DNA of 64,000 nucleotides from Antechinus flavipes (GCF_016432865.1 NC_067400.1:31558001-31622000); one strand, 5' to 3'; positions 1 to 13,981 are shown, counted from the first letter of the stretch. Notes: a model not told the origin generated them from the sequence alone. Program-made: numbers and translations.

Positions 1-125
1 TTATTTAACAAATGAGAAAGCTGAGGACCACAGAAATTAAGTGGTTAGTTCAGGGTCCCATAGGTGATATCAGGGACAGAATTTGAACTTATCTCCTTTG
101 ATTCTTAAGATAGTACTCTTTATTC
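1..125 (-). mobile_element. MIR/CORE-SINE fragment
   Basis: acaaatgagaaagctgagg...aagtggttagttcagggtc...atttgaac, the antisense MIR core. Confidence 0.7.
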
Positions 126-429
126 TTCTTCACATAGTCTTTTATAAATGATAGCACATTTCCATTATGTATTGTTTCTACATGATTGTATATTAATATT
201 ACTATCTCCTCACATTTTCAAGTATTATTATTTTAAACTATTATTAATGTGGTATCTCCTATCTATAATTTTGTTATTATTACTACCATTAATATTTTTT
301 TTTTACCATGTGGGTATTTCAATTAATCATAAAACAGTCTTATTTTTATTATCCTTAACATTTTTCCAATTTATTTACCAAATATGTAACTTTATTAGTC
401 TCTATACTCAAAGCTTTGGTGGGGAATGA

Positions 430-632
430 TTTTTTTTTTAAACAAAAGTTTTTTATTTTCAAAATACATGCAAAAAGTTTTCAACATTCACCCTTGCAAA
501 ACGTTGTGTTCCAAATTTTTTCCCTCTCTTCTCCCTCCCCCTTCCTCTAGATAGCAAGTAATCCAGTATGTATTAAACATGTATAATTCTTCTATACATA
601 TTTCTACATTTATCATGATGCACAACAAAAAG
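430..632 (-). mobile_element. Marsupial L1 3' end
   Basis: Poly-T, then ttattttcaaaatacatgc...cccttgcaaaac...ccctcccccttcctctagatagcaagtaatcc; reverse-complement match to the copy at 39477-39636. Confidence 0.8.
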
Positions 633-854
633 AATGATTTATTTCTTATTCTTAAAGAATGATTTATTTCAATAGAAAAGAACCCAAACAAAAGTACAAA
701 AGAAATCATTTAATCATTGAGATATTTTGTCTTCACAATACTAAATTCTAGTTTACTTTGGAGCAATTGACTTTAATCTTCATTCTTTCTAAGGATATTA
801 TACTTCCTACAAGCAAATCAGATTATTCCATTCCCTTATTGAAAAATAATACCT

Positions 855-1070
855 AGCACATAGAGTATTTTATGGTCTGCAAAACCCTTTACAGATATTA
901 TTTCATTTATATTCACCTTAGCCTTTATGATAGGTGCTATTATTATTTCAATTTTACAAATGAGGAAACTGAGGCAGATAAGTGTTAAGTGATCTTGTGT
1001 AGGATCATAAAGTCAGTAAGAGCTTGAGGGCTACTTTGAACTCAGGTGTTCATGACTTCAGGTATAATAT
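855..1070 (-). mobile_element. MIR/CORE-SINE
   Basis: ttttacaaatgaggaaactgaggc...ttaagtgat...tttgaactcagg...tgacttc. Confidence 0.8.
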
Positions 1071-1511
1071 ACTATAGGCTGGTTAAGGATTAAAGGGGAA
1101 ATACATAGTGATATTCTAAAGATATTGAATTATCACAAACTATAGTAGTTTGGAAGTATTTTTTAAAAGATCTATAAACAAAGTTCCTTCAAGGTTCAAA
1201 GTGAATGTCACCTTTTCCTAGAAACCATCTATTATTTTACAGTTAAAAATATTTTGTCTTTCTTCAAATCTTCCTAAAATCCTATGTGCTACAGTGGAGA
1301 GATTGTTTCTATTAGTCATTGGACCTGGGTTCAGAGTCTGTCACTTAATCTGTCAGTCACTTAATCTCTCAGTATTAATCTGTAAAATTAAGGGACAAGA
1401 CTATTAGCTTTAAATCTGTTTGTGATCTTTCTAATACCCCCAGTAAAGCTTTCCTTGTGTGCATGTTATTTGCCCCACAAGGAAGTCAAATTCTTGAAGG
1501 CAAGAACTGTC

Positions 1512-1628
1512 TTTTTCTTCCTCCTCCTTCTCCTCTTCCTCCTCTTGCTCTTTTTCTTCCTCTTCCTTTATTTCCTTCTCCTCTTTTTTCTCCTCCTCTT
1601 CCTTCTTGTTCTTATTCTTCTCCTCCTA
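1512..1628. repeat. (TCC/TTC)n CT-rich simple repeat
   Basis: Visible pyrimidine tract; explains ORFs 1422 and 1457. Confidence 0.9.
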
Positions 1629-2579
1629 TCATAATATTTTGTGCAAATTAATTACTTGATGAATGCTTGTTGAATTGAGTTGGGGTTTCAGATTTGTGCA
1701 CACTTGACTTCTATCAATAGAATTTCCCCTTTAGCTCTCCAGGGACGGTACTTCCTTTGGGGAAAGTGATAATCTACTATCCAATGTTTACCGACATTTG
1801 TAACTAAATTTTTGACCCAATACCATTGCCATTTAATAGTTAACTATGAGCTGCTGAAAAGAATATAGGTTACCTTCAGTGCCCATGATGTTCCAAGCCA
1901 ATGCATCTGTCATTTTAAATTTAAATCTGTATTACTTAGCTGTCCAACACTTTATACACAAGTAACAGAGTTATCTATCTTTTTTTTTTCTTTTAGATTA
2001 AAAAAATCACTATTTCATGATTTTTTTTCTTGTTGAGCTAAATGCTCCAGTACCTATATTAAAACAATTTTTCTGTGATGTGTTAGTGCATCTGGCTTCT
2101 CTTGGATGGAGATAGCTCCTCCTTTAACTTTTTCATCCCCTCCAGTTCTGAACCTGGTTCTCCAATGAAGCTTTTATCCCATTGAAATCTATATGCCAAT
2201 AAGTCAAAGATCTGTCATTGACTTCAGGTGGGAACTGCCTCCAATTCCACAGATGACAACTCTTAGAATCCTAAGCGAGCAAAATTTGTTTGAAGCTTCC
2301 AGCAGCTGAGATTTGAATCCAGAGCTCTAAAGTCATTCTTCATTATAACAGGTCACCTTGACTTTTGCGTGCCTCCATTCCTAGAATGCTCTCTTTTCTC
2401 TCTCCATCTCTATAAAACCTCCGGTTTCTCTCACAGCATGGTCATAGTGTCTGACATCTCCTATAGGAAGCTTTCCCTGATGCTCTCAGTTGTCATTGCT
2501 CTCCTTCATTACCTACCAAAATTTCTCATTAATTTTTATTTTGTAAATATGTTTGTTTTGACTTATTAGTTTGTGTATG

Positions 2580-2703
2580 TGCTGTTTCACTTCTAAGTTT
2601 CTCAAATAAGGGATTGCTTCATTTTCTCCTCATATCTCAGCACTTCATACAGTGCCTGATATGTGGTGGCCTCTCAATAATAAGTGCTTTCTGAATTGAA
2701 TTG
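2580..2703 (+). mobile_element. L2 3' end
   Basis: cagcacttcatacagtgcctgatatgtgg...ctcaataataagtgctt...gaattgaattga. Confidence 0.7.
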
Positions 2704-3204
2704 ATTACAATAATGATAGCTAATATTTATATAGTTTTTGCATATATTGTTTCATGCTATCCATTGAATTACTTATCATCTATCTCTGTCCATCCGTGTG
2801 ATCATAGATCTATCCATGTCTCTATCATTTCTCTCTTCCTTTTCCTCTTTTTTACCTTTTTTCTTTGTTTCCCTGTCTCTTCTCTCTGCAACAGTAGACA
2901 CACATATGTGTGTGCATATGTATATATTTATGTATGTGTATATTCTATATAAATATGGAGATATCTATGTACTTCTATGTAAACACATTTTTTTAATATG
3001 TAATTCTGACTCTAATGTAATACTGTTGTGGGCTTTTCACCAAGTAGTCATAATACTTGGTAGCTGTTTGCCTAACTGCAAAATAACTGATTTTGCTCTT
3101 TTAAAAGTACATAAGGTAAGTCAACTGTTTTAGAGAAAAAAGTCCTGGATGAGTAGCTAAGAGATATACATTTTGTGGTGACCTAGATATTACTACTAAT
3201 CATG

Positions 3205-3435
3205 ATTGACATTTATGTAGCACTTTAAAATTTATGTAACACTTTGCATTAAAAATCTAATTTGAGCTTTACTACATCCCTTTGAGTTTGGTCCTGTAGA
3301 TATTATTATTACCATTTTTCAAATTAGGAGCAAAGTTAAGTTACTTGCTCAGGGTCATACAGCTAATAAGAATCAGAAGCTACATTACAATTCAGGACTT
3401 CCTAACTTTAATTCTCAGATGCTTTCTACTATACT
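3205..3435 (-). mobile_element. MIR
   Basis: acatttatgtagcactttaa...ttaagttacttgctcagggtcatacagctaataag. Confidence 0.75.
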
Positions 3436-6345
3436 ATCCTATTGTCACTTTATATAAGTCATGGATCCTTCATGGGACTCAGTTTCCTGAGCTATAAAAT
3501 AGTCTGAAAATAATTAGGCAATCTCTAAAGCCCATTAAATCCTCTAAATCTGAATAATCCTATAATTTGATTTTTTTAATTGGATTGGCCAAATAATATG
3601 GTACTTGGAAGAAGCTATGAGGAAGAAAGTGAAATATGGAGATGATGTGGTATAAAAGAGAATAGAGGACTGGGAGAGGGAGGACCTAGCTCCAGATCCT
3701 TGTTTTACTTTCATGATATTCTTGGAAGCCTCAGTTTCCTCATATGTAAAATGATGAATAAGTTCCTTTCAAATCTGAAGTCTAAAAACTACTTTATACA
3801 AAAATATATCAAAATCAAAGATGGAAAATGAAGATTGAAATAAATATTTTAAAGGCTTTTAATATGGATTCTTATTAATTTAAGTTTGGTAAATTATTCA
3901 TTAGGGACTTATGATATGGAGCAGTGAATATTTGGGATGTTATAATTTACTAGGAAATATATTAAGCTCATATTTCACTCTGAAGAAAACTGGATTAATT
4001 AGGTTAATTACAAATGACATTTGCAAAATAATAGTCAAAAGTAAACAAAGATTGCACTTTTGGTTATATAGCATGACATTTGTTTCTTTCTGCTTTACAA
4101 ATTCTGTGCTTTGTATCCAACCATCTAGAGGCATAAATGATGGATTTTATGATCCATCAAACTGTTAGTACTTGCTTAGTGTTTGGTGGGAATTGTTCAT
4201 CTCTTCCTTGCTAGACACAGGATCCATAAAGATTATGGTGTTGATTTGGTGACACAGTTAACTGAAGATAAAAAGAAAAGAACTGACTAGCTGGGGGATC
4301 CTGGGAATTTAACAAGCATGTTTCTCCCCATCATGCCTTCGGTCAATTATTTAGAGCTAAGCTGTACTAGGAGTAATTAGGAACCTTTAGGGATGTTGTG
4401 AAATCCTTATGAGAAGAGTTGGTTAGGCTCTAGTCAAGTGTTATTTATTTATTTTTTTATAAAATCACTTTTTGCATTATCTACAAAAGTGTGGGACTGA
4501 AAGAACATATTTTTTTTTTTATTCTTTTGGGGACAATCATGGTTAAGTGACTTTTTCAGAGTCACACTGCTAGAAAGTATCCTCCTAGCTATCCCTGAAA
4601 GAACATTTTAATGGCTCTCTCATTTCTCACCATTCAGTTCTTGTGTCAGAATTGACTCATGCTAACATGGACTGAGGGTTGAGAAACTTGAAACAATCCT
4701 TTCCAAAATATAGCTGGTTTCTCTGATAAGAGACAATAAAAATATGATGAGGGCTTTTCTTAAAGACAGTACTAGGACTAAATTTTTTCCGCTTTTCTCA
4801 AGGAGTCCATGTGATGTGCTCATCATATACGTACCATATAGGAAAGACATTATAGATGGATCCAGAGAAGATGGGCTTCAACACTGTTTCTGTTATTACC
4901 TATGCAAATCTTTTTAGATCTCCAAGGAGGGCCTCTCTTTTTCCATCTATAAAACAAGATAGCTAGATAATATGACTTCTTCCTCCTTATGTAATATTAG
5001 TGAGGTTACTTACCTTTTCTAGGACATGGTTGCCTCACCTGTAAAAAGAAAGTATTATATCTAAGATCCTAAGTTTTCTTCAAGCTCTCAAAGACCAAAC
5101 TTTTTTCTTTTGTTTATTTCTGAAATATATAGTATAAACTCAAGGTGTATAACAGCTGTTTTGCAGATATGATTAAATAGATTCTGGAGATAGTAGTTTA
5201 TGGCCCATTCGTAATTTATTTTTGGAAAAAAAAAGCATTTGTATATTATTGTGTACATTGTATATTATTGACAGTTCGACTCAAAAGCCTATCTTGAGAT
5301 CTTGAGTGATGATACAGTTTCATCTAAATAATTACCAATTAACTTTAAAAAACCCAAACACATGCCCTTAAATATTACCACTTGCCATTGAAACTATTTC
5401 CCATGACTGAGTTGAAAATTATTTAATTCCTTTTCTCTCCTGTGATTAACTTCAGTAGTCTAAATTATAATTTAACAGTAAAATTCAAATATTTATTAAA
5501 CACCTATTATATGTGTGTTAAGCATTGTGCAAGACTCCTAGAAGACAAAGATAAAGGTGAGACAATATACTTAATCATCTATCTGGAGAAAGCATATTAT
5601 GGAAACCCCTTTATTAATGTAGATCAGCAACTTGTCAGTAAATTAATATCTTTGAGAGTTTGCCCAGGTTACTGAAAGGCTAAGTAATTTCCCTCGTCTC
5701 ACAAATATTACATGATGGAGGTATGACTTGGGCTATAGTCTTCTTGAAATGAAATACAGAACCTTGTCTGTTTTTCCAAGCTGCTTCTGTGGACAAGACA
5801 TAAACAAGATAAATTGAACCCATTCCCAGCTAGTAAGGAGCTTATCATTGGATTTTTCCCTTGACATCTAAAGATGTTTTGTAATTCACTTTCTCATTCG
5901 TTCCCCTTTTACATTGGTTGGACCTCAAAGTTGTCTTAGCCTACTCTTTTCAGGGGAACTGGCCTTGGTTCCTGCTCCAACTGACTTCTGGGCAGCCAAC
6001 CTTGGCTTTAGCTACATGCCAGTCCCTTTTCCCTCAGGCCTAGTAAAGTACCACATATACTGGTGTCCTGTCCACATTCCCTCTGGTCTTCAGTTCTTTG
6101 ATTGAATACTATTGTAGCATAGAGTGCTGCTATGTTAGTCCGTGACAGAGCAAAATTTTACCTTTTAATTTTGTGAGGCACAGAGGAGAGGAAATGAGGC
6201 AGAATCAAATTCTATTAAAGTTTTTGGGCTGGTCCAAACTGATAGCCCAATTTATGGGGAAGGGAGTTCAGGGTAACCAAGATAACCTCTTATGATTTAG
6301 GTCCATTGAGTTGTTACTATCATTAAGGTTGTTGGTATTTTAGAT

Positions 6346-6530
6346 CAGGAGTAACAAACTTGAGGTCCTCTGATCAAATGGTCAACAAAACTCCCCAGTG
6401 TGCACTGAATCAGATTTACATGTAGGAAATGTTTTAGAAATGTTTTAATAAAAAACTCAATACAACATAGACCATGTTATTTGTGGTTTCCTAAATCAAT
6501 ATGTTGCTTGCAGGTATTAATTTCTATGTA
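6346..6530 (+). mobile_element. hAT-type non-autonomous DNA transposon (MITE), same family as 41128-41305 and 42907-43034
   Basis: CAGGAGTAACAAACT left end; shared internal gaaatgttt..aataaaaa..caatacaacataga..atgtt; degenerate 8-bp TSD ttttagat/tcttagac. Confidence 0.55.
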
Positions 6531-7544
6531 TCTTAGACAGGGAGTAGGGCTATATTGTCTCAAGCACAATTCCTAATTTGGAGAGGTTTGAGATATCATA
6601 AGTATCCGAGAAAATGTTTCAGCCTCTATTTGCTGGGTCAAATAAGTCATTTGAGAAACATTCAGGGTAAAATTAGTTCCAGGCGATAGCTTGACAGACT
6701 AACTTTTTGTTTTTATTCTTAAGAAATCTGGATTCATATGATTGGTTTGTGTGCAACCATTTTAGGTTTCCCTGTGGGTCCTGCAAATTCTGTCCTTTTT
6801 GGTCTATGAGGACTTCAAGACATGTTGATGCATCTGAAATCACAGTGTTGTAGGTGATGACTCACCTTTGTCTGCCCATACCTAGGAACTTTAATCATCT
6901 GTGAATGCAATAGGGAATTGAATCAATGGAAAAATAGTGCAGATAAATCACAAATAAAATAAAGATCATTCGAACTCTTACTTTAAACTGGCAATTTACT
7001 AAAACAAAAATTCTTCTGTTCATTTTCCATAACCAGTTACTCTAGGTTCTAATGACTAATTAAGCCAAGAGAATCAAAGAAGTCTCAAATCTAAGTTCAT
7101 CTTGTACAATCTCATGACTTAATATGACTTCTCTAAAATATCAACAAATAGTATTCTAACTGGGATTTTTAACTTTTGTTCATGTCTTAGACAATTAGGA
7201 TTATCTAGTGAAACGTATGGACTTCTTAGAACAACATTATTATGGACATAATATAGAACATATAGTATTGCAAAGAAACCAGTTATATTGAAATATAAAT
7301 TTAAGACAGGAACCAGTTCATAGATCCCTGCTTTAAAATAAGGTTTTATAAACATGCTTTCTACCCTCTTTTTAGACATTTCTAGTTATGGGGAGTTTCC
7401 CAAGTGAAAAACCTAATACACATTCATAGAATCAGTGTTAGAATCAATCAAGTAGCCCAGTAATTCAACTGAAACCTGAGGAAAATTCCTTCCTCTATAA
7501 TATTCCCAACAAATGGTTATCCATGACTATTCCTCCTCCCTCAA

Positions 7545-8165
7545 TTCATTTTTCCAGTCATATGAATAGCTAGTTTTCAACATACATTTTTGTGAGATTT
7601 TGAGTTCCAATTTTTTTCTTCCTTTCTCTCCCTTCCTTCCTCCCCAAGATAGCAAGCAGTCTGGTATAGGCTATAGACATACGATCACTTTAAACATGTT
7701 TCCATATTTTTCATGTTGTGAAAGAAAAATCAGACAAAAGGGGAAAACACGAGCAAGAAAAAGCAAACAAAAAAAGGTGAAAATAGCATGCTTCAATCCA
7801 CATTCAGTCTCCATAGTTTTCCTGGTGGATGTGGATGGCATTTTCCAGCCCAAGACTATTGGAACCATCTTGAATCACTACATTGTTGAGAAGAGCTAAG
7901 TCTGTTATAGCTGATCATTACATAATTTTGCTGTTATTACGTGTGATGTTCTCTGGTGCTACTTACTACACTCACATCAGTTCATGTGTTTCCAAGCTTT
8001 TCTGAAATCAGTCTGCTTGTCTTTTCTTATAGAATAATAATTCATAACTTATTCAGCTATTCTCTAACTGATGGACATTCACTCAATTTCCACTTTCTCA
8101 CTACTATAAAAAAAAATGGCTATAAACATTTTTGCACATGTAGTTCCTGTTCCCTATCCATCACC
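7545..8165 (-). mobile_element. Older marsupial L1 3' UTR, inserted into an L3/CR1
   Basis: gttttcaacat...ttccaa...atagcaag...aaaatagcatgcttcaatccacattcagtctcc...ataacttattcagc...tgatggacatt; homologous to 38588-39945. Confidence 0.8.
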
Positions 8166-8184
8166 TTTGATAATGTGGATGACA

Positions 8185-8515
8185 TATAGTCCTATTAACT
8201 CTTGGTAGGCAACCCATTCTACTTATGAGTAAGTCTGTGTTACCTAAACCGATCTCTTTGAATCTTCTAATATTGTTCCAGATTCTACCCCAAAGCCAAA
8301 TAGTTAATACATCTAATTTCCCCTTCATATATCAACCCTTCAAATACTTTGAAGATAGCCAAACTAGTCCATAGTTCTTTTTATTCTTAAGGCTAAGTCT
8401 CCCTAGTTTCTTCAGCCAATCTTCATATGACATGGCTTCGTGGCCTTGCCCCATCTTGGTTGCCCCCTCTGTAGACTTTCTCCAGTTTATCAGCATTTCA
8501 GACAGCTCTAATTTA
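8185..8515 (-). mobile_element. L3/CR1 LINE fragment (continues at ~7420-7530 on the other side of the L1)
   Basis: cccttcaaatactttgaagatagc...ggctaag...cttcatatgacatgg...ccatcttggttgccc. Confidence 0.7.
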
Positions 8516-11240
8516 AGTCTTCTTTATATTTAGCTGAAATGTTTGTGACCCAGAGGTGACCCCTTTCAGACAAAAGCAGCAGCTGAATATCCTGGTCAAA
8601 GATGAATGTCTATCTTTAGCTATTGAGGGATAATTCATTTCCATCTGGATACTTATAGGATCATCAATTAACTTTAACAATATTCTCTGCAATATTCACC
8701 ATATTCTATAAATTTTTTTCTATTTCCCTTTGCAGTCTTTCTAAATGGTTTTTATTTCCCTTTTAAATTATAAAAACCTTAACAAATAGCAAGTACCTCA
8801 ATCCAATTTTTAATTTAAAAAAAAATCCAATCTAGATTCTTTGATCAAATCTAACAACAAATCTCTTAAACTTCCTGGGTCTCAGTTTCCTTATTTGTAA
8901 AATAAGAAAGTTATATAGTGTGTGGATGGGTTTCCTTCTGGTTATAATGTGTTTGGCCTATGACAACTTCAGTTGTCAAAACTAGTTGTTTCATAAGTAA
9001 TAGTTGGGACTATATGTGTATGGGGCCAAAGGACAGTGGCTCACAGAATATGGTAGAGAAGAGGAGGGGCATGGTGGTAGGATAATGGAAAAGGTTTGGG
9101 AATGGGATCATTTTGTGCACCACGTCTTAGAGGATTATAGAGAATAAGTCTACCTTCCCTGATGTTTATACACTGAGGCAAAGCCCTAGTTATAGTTTTT
9201 TTTTATCCCTAACATATCTAGAATGCTTACAGTGTTCCATTTTCATCATCTTTTCTATCCCATAGAAAAGAGCCTATCATCATTTCATTGGATGATGGAG
9301 TTGCCATTGATGCAATTGACTAGAAAACTGTATAGTGATTTGCATATAGGAGATGGAAAGTGTGCAGGTGGGATGATTCTAACTTGTATTGCAGAGCTCA
9401 AATACTATTAACCATTGCCAAAAATGCAATGCACTGCAATATGATATAGTATTTACTAGCTGTGTATGTACTGAAGTATCACTGTAGTCCAGTACACTCT
9501 TTGAACATTAGCAATGTACTCTTTATCTTTCTTTTAAATGATTGTTCTTAGTGTTAAGATCACAATATAGTTGCCACCCCCCTTTGTATTCTGTTCTCAT
9601 ATTTTCACTATTTATTCTTTCCTTCATTTTTCATTCATTCAACAAACTTTAACAATTGTCTGCTTTGGACTCTACAATGTATCATTTTAGCTACCAGAGA
9701 AGATCAGAAGATGAAAAATAACTGATTGTACATCTCAAAGAACTTCAAGCCTAGTTTCCTTTCTTTGTATCATAAGCTTTTTGCAAGAAACATTCAGGGG
9801 CAAGACAAACTTTGATGTGGAATCAGGCTGGGATGGTCCATAGTTTTCTCAGTGAGAAAGTGAAATGCAGCAGTGGCCATTCCATTGTATCGTATATCTA
9901 AGCTGCACATTAATGGCTGGGACTTCCCACTTTTTCAAATTCATCCTTCATCCTTTTCTTGGCTATTGCTTAAAGATCCTATGACTTTCTGGTCTTACTG
10001 CATGACTAGCAAGTTAATACATAAATTATGTGTATCCCACCCGGTACACTCTATGCACTTTAAAGGAAAGTTTTGTTTGTCACTTTGCCTTTATATTCTT
10101 AGTGCCCATCTAATGCCATGTGTAGTAGATAATTAATAAATGTTTGTGGGACTGGATTGCAAGATCTTTAAGATTTTAATTACTTCATGAGCTTGTTTGG
10201 AAAATGAGATTTAATTCAGTTCAACAAGTAGATAATATATGCATAGCTCCTAAGCAAATAGAGGTGCTCAATAAAAGCTTATTTAATTGAAGAGTTGGAT
10301 TTAATTTCTCTTCCAAGATATGAGAACTATTTTTTTTTTTTATGAAGGCTCACTTATTGCTTAAGCCTGAGATTCACTAAAATTGGGATTTAAGGTCAGT
10401 GGAGGAGACAATTGGAGGTAGGAGGCCCTTTCATTATCCCTTCTATGTTAAACTAATTAGAAAACTGCCCACTTAACCTACTGGAATGGACAGCTTCAAA
10501 GTCTTCCCTTACCTTAGTCCCATGGGAATTGGTTGACCTTCTGAGTGAGGCTAATCTAATTAATCATTACTTAGTGTGACTTTTGAAATCTCCCCTCTTC
10601 TGTTCTCCTCACCCTAATATTCATATAGGGCTGCAAAGCAAGAGCGCAAATGGAAAAAAAAATCTCTTTTTCTTACAAGTTATTTGGCTAAAGTATTTAA
10701 ATAAGCTTTTTTTTTTCTGCGACAGTTGTGAACCATATTTGAGCAGTATCTTTCTTCTAAGGAACTTAAAACCTTTTTCAGTGACTGGCTTGCTAATGTG
10801 TCAGAGCTTCTGAAATGTATTAATGGTAAGCTGACAACAGATTTGAAGGCCTTTATAGCTACATATGTCAATACCAATATGTAATTTTAGCCAAATATCT
10901 TTTCATGTTTGACTCAGAAGGCTAAAGGGAAATAGGGAAGAAGAAATTATTTGGGAATTCATTATACAGTTTTGGCTTCTCAGCACTGCTTACAAAATGG
11001 CCAAAGTGAATGAAAGCTCACTGAAGCAGTGGGTCTTAATGTATTGCAATACAACTGCAATAATAAATAATAATAATAACAATAATGTTACATAGCTTTT
11101 TTAAGGTTTAAAAAAACATTTTTCTCAACACAATTATAGGAGATAAATAGTACAAGTTTATGTTTGCCATTTTTCAGATGAGGAAATAATTTTATGAAAG
11201 TGAGCTGATTTGTTTTATCATCAAATAGTGTCAGGGTTCC

Positions 11241-11415
11241 TTTTTTTTTTTTTTTTCTGTTTCTTTCTTTCTTTTTTTTCCTGAGGCAATTGGGGTTAAG
11301 TGACTTGTCCAGGGTCACGCAGCTAGGAAGTGTTAAGTGTCTGAGGTCATATTTGAACTCAGGTCCTCCTGACTTCAGGGCTGGTGCTCTATCCTCTGTG
11401 ACACCTAGTTGTCCC
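11241..11415 (-). mobile_element. WSINE1-type tRNA-derived CORE SINE, full length with TSD
   Basis: Reverse complement reads gggacaactaggtg...gccctgaagtcaggaggacctgagttcaaat...cttaaccccaattgcctcag plus an A tail. TSD ggttcctttttt at 11235-11246 and 11417-11428. Inserted into an older MIR. Confidence 0.88.
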
Positions 11416-11966
11416 AGGTTCCTTTTTTCCTTCATAAAGTCTTCTTCTTAAAGTGTCTCTCAATAAATTTACTAGACTATATCTAACATCTTTCTGGAAT
11501 GTGAGCAAAAATTCAATTGGAAGGGATCCATGATTCACTTCAGTTATGTAGAATTTTAATGTTGGATATATTTTATTTGTGATTTTCCAATGTCATTCTT
11601 ATAAAACCCCAAACCCTTTATTTTAACCTCTTGCATGGATGATGAGTGAAGAAAGTCAATTCAACAAGCATGGTTTATGCTCATATCATTTGTTTTGTAC
11701 TGACATAAAAGAACATAAATATTTCCTATTCTGAAGCTCATACTCTGAAGCTATAAGTGTTTTATTGGATTTGTTTAATGGAGTATTTTATTAATTTACT
11801 GAAAAAATATGTATATTTCTATGGTATCTTTGTTCCATGTACATAGTAGGTACGTAAAATATTTATGGAGATTGGATTTTAGGATGAGATTTCTTGATCT
11901 TCATTTGATCATTAATGTAGCACCATAAGGAAGGAATCATAAGGGCATTTAAAAAATGGTACTCAA

Positions 11967-12158
11967 GGGGCAGCTAGTTGGTGTAGTGGATGGAGAACCA
12001 GCCCTGAAGTCAAGAGGACCTGAGTTCAAATCTGGCCTCAGACACTTAACAATTCCTAGATGTGTGACCCAAGACAAGTCACTTAACTCCAATTGCCTCT
12101 GCCAAAAAAAGAAAAGAAAAAGAAAAAGAAAAAGAAAAAAGAAAGAAAGAAAGAAAAA
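11967..12158 (+). mobile_element. WSINE1-type SINE, full length with (GAAA/GAAAAA)n tail
   Basis: ggggcagctag...gccctgaagtcaagaggacctgagttcaaatctggcctcagacacttaac...aattgcctc; decayed TSD aaaaatggtactcaa / aaaaaggtacttga. Confidence 0.88.
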
Positions 12159-13981
12159 GGTACTTGAGGTGGAGGTAAGGGATAAAATGTATGGCTTCAT
12201 TAGTGTGGGAAACACTTGATTAGGAAAGTTCAGATCTATGATAAGAAAAGTAGAGCAATGCTTGCTTTGCAATTTATAGTTTTAGAAAAATTTCTCTGGT
12301 TGGTATCAACTCCTGCTTGATGTCCAACGAGACTGAAGTGATTTCCAAACCATGACCCAACTCCTACATGTCAGAAGCCAAATTCAAACCCAAGACTCTT
12401 AGTTTAACAATCCACTTCTGTTATTTACTGAGGTACCAATCGGATAAGGCATACAATCAATCAGCAAGTATTTATTAAACGCCTACTAGGGCTATCTACT
12501 GACTCTGGAGATCTAAAGATTGAAATGATCTTTTCATTCTCAGAAAGGAACACGCAGGAGATCTGAATCCTACCCTAAAATGGAAGCAGGGAGTACATAA
12601 TCAATCACGGAGAATTTCAGAAGTGTCAGTAGTTTCCCTACTTAACATCTGCTCAAGTTGTTGCTGCTAAAAAAGTAATAGGCCAGGGGAGGGAAGCCTT
12701 AGACATATGAAGGCCAGCTGCAATTCTGCTCAAGCTTAAGCCATAATAAACTTTCACCTGAATGGAAATATTCAGGTGTAGATAGATCTTCAGGTAATGC
12801 TGGGACTCTGAAGTGAGAGAAAGATGGGCACCGGCCTATCTTTGTATGCTAATGTACCCTGCCAGCCAAACTATGAGAATGAATATGGGGAAATTCTGGA
12901 AAGGCAGCAGCATTCTCCTTATTATCTCCCAAGATGGATTGTTCCAGGCTAAAGGAACATCACACATGGACCGAATCTCTCACTGCCCCATGGAGTCTTT
13001 ACAATCTCCATTTTAATAACACAAACTGCGGGGCAGCTTGACTGCTAGCCCAGCATTTCTTCAGAAATCTTTCTATTACGGGACAGGATAAAACCATCAC
13101 TAACACGAACCAACAATATTATTTCCAATGTAAGCATTTTAAAAGGTTGCTTGTACAAGGAAAGACAAATTCCCCGAATTACATGCTATTTTGCAGTTAG
13201 TCGGCGATTATGCTGTGAATTGTATTACACTGGATATTACGTTGGCTTCTGTGTTGCACTCAAACACATGAACTGTGTAAACAGTGTTAGATGTTTGATT
13301 AGCATTAATATGAAAGATGGGACGATTAGGTAGGATTTCTACAGAAAGGCCTTACACTTACTGTGTAGCAATCTTTTGTATTAAAGAAAAATAGAACTAG
13401 GATGTAGCATTCAAAAAAATATTCACTTTGACTCAGTATGTTATTTTTAAGCTGCGGATTTACTAGGATCTAAGAAATGCAACTCTTTTGTGGCACATGG
13501 AGGCTATTGATGGATGCTAAGAATTACATTTCTCTTTTTCATTTTTTTCATCTCCATCTCTTTCTTTTTTTACAGCCATTTTGGTACTTTTCATTCTTGG
13601 AAATATAGTTTAAAGTGGGGAATAAGATCACCGAAGGACCAAAGAAAAAAGTTCTATGACCTTGTGAGGGGGGTCCTTTTCAGAGCACAATGACCTTTCC
13701 TGTAAAATGAAGGGATTTTACTGAGTTATTCATAAGGTTCCTTCTGCCTCGGAATCCTACAATCCTAGTCTATCCCCTGCTTGACAATGTAAATTGGGTA
13801 AGGAATAGGCTTCGGTGTGTACATGCAAAGGGGGATTCTCTTAAGCAGTTGTAAGAGTAAATGTTGTTATTCTTAAATTAGCTTTATATTCACCTAAAAC
13901 TCAATTTGGCAAAAGAAATATTGAGAACCTATGATGTACAAGGCATAGCTGAGTTTTAGTAGCTCTTATCTTTGTACTTCT

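Noticed and set aside
12755-12778. Perfect 9-bp inverted repeat CACCTGAAT-ggaaat-ATTCAGGTG (paired E-boxes)
   Set aside because: About two such short-loop hairpins are expected by chance in 64 kb; only worth revisiting if conserved.
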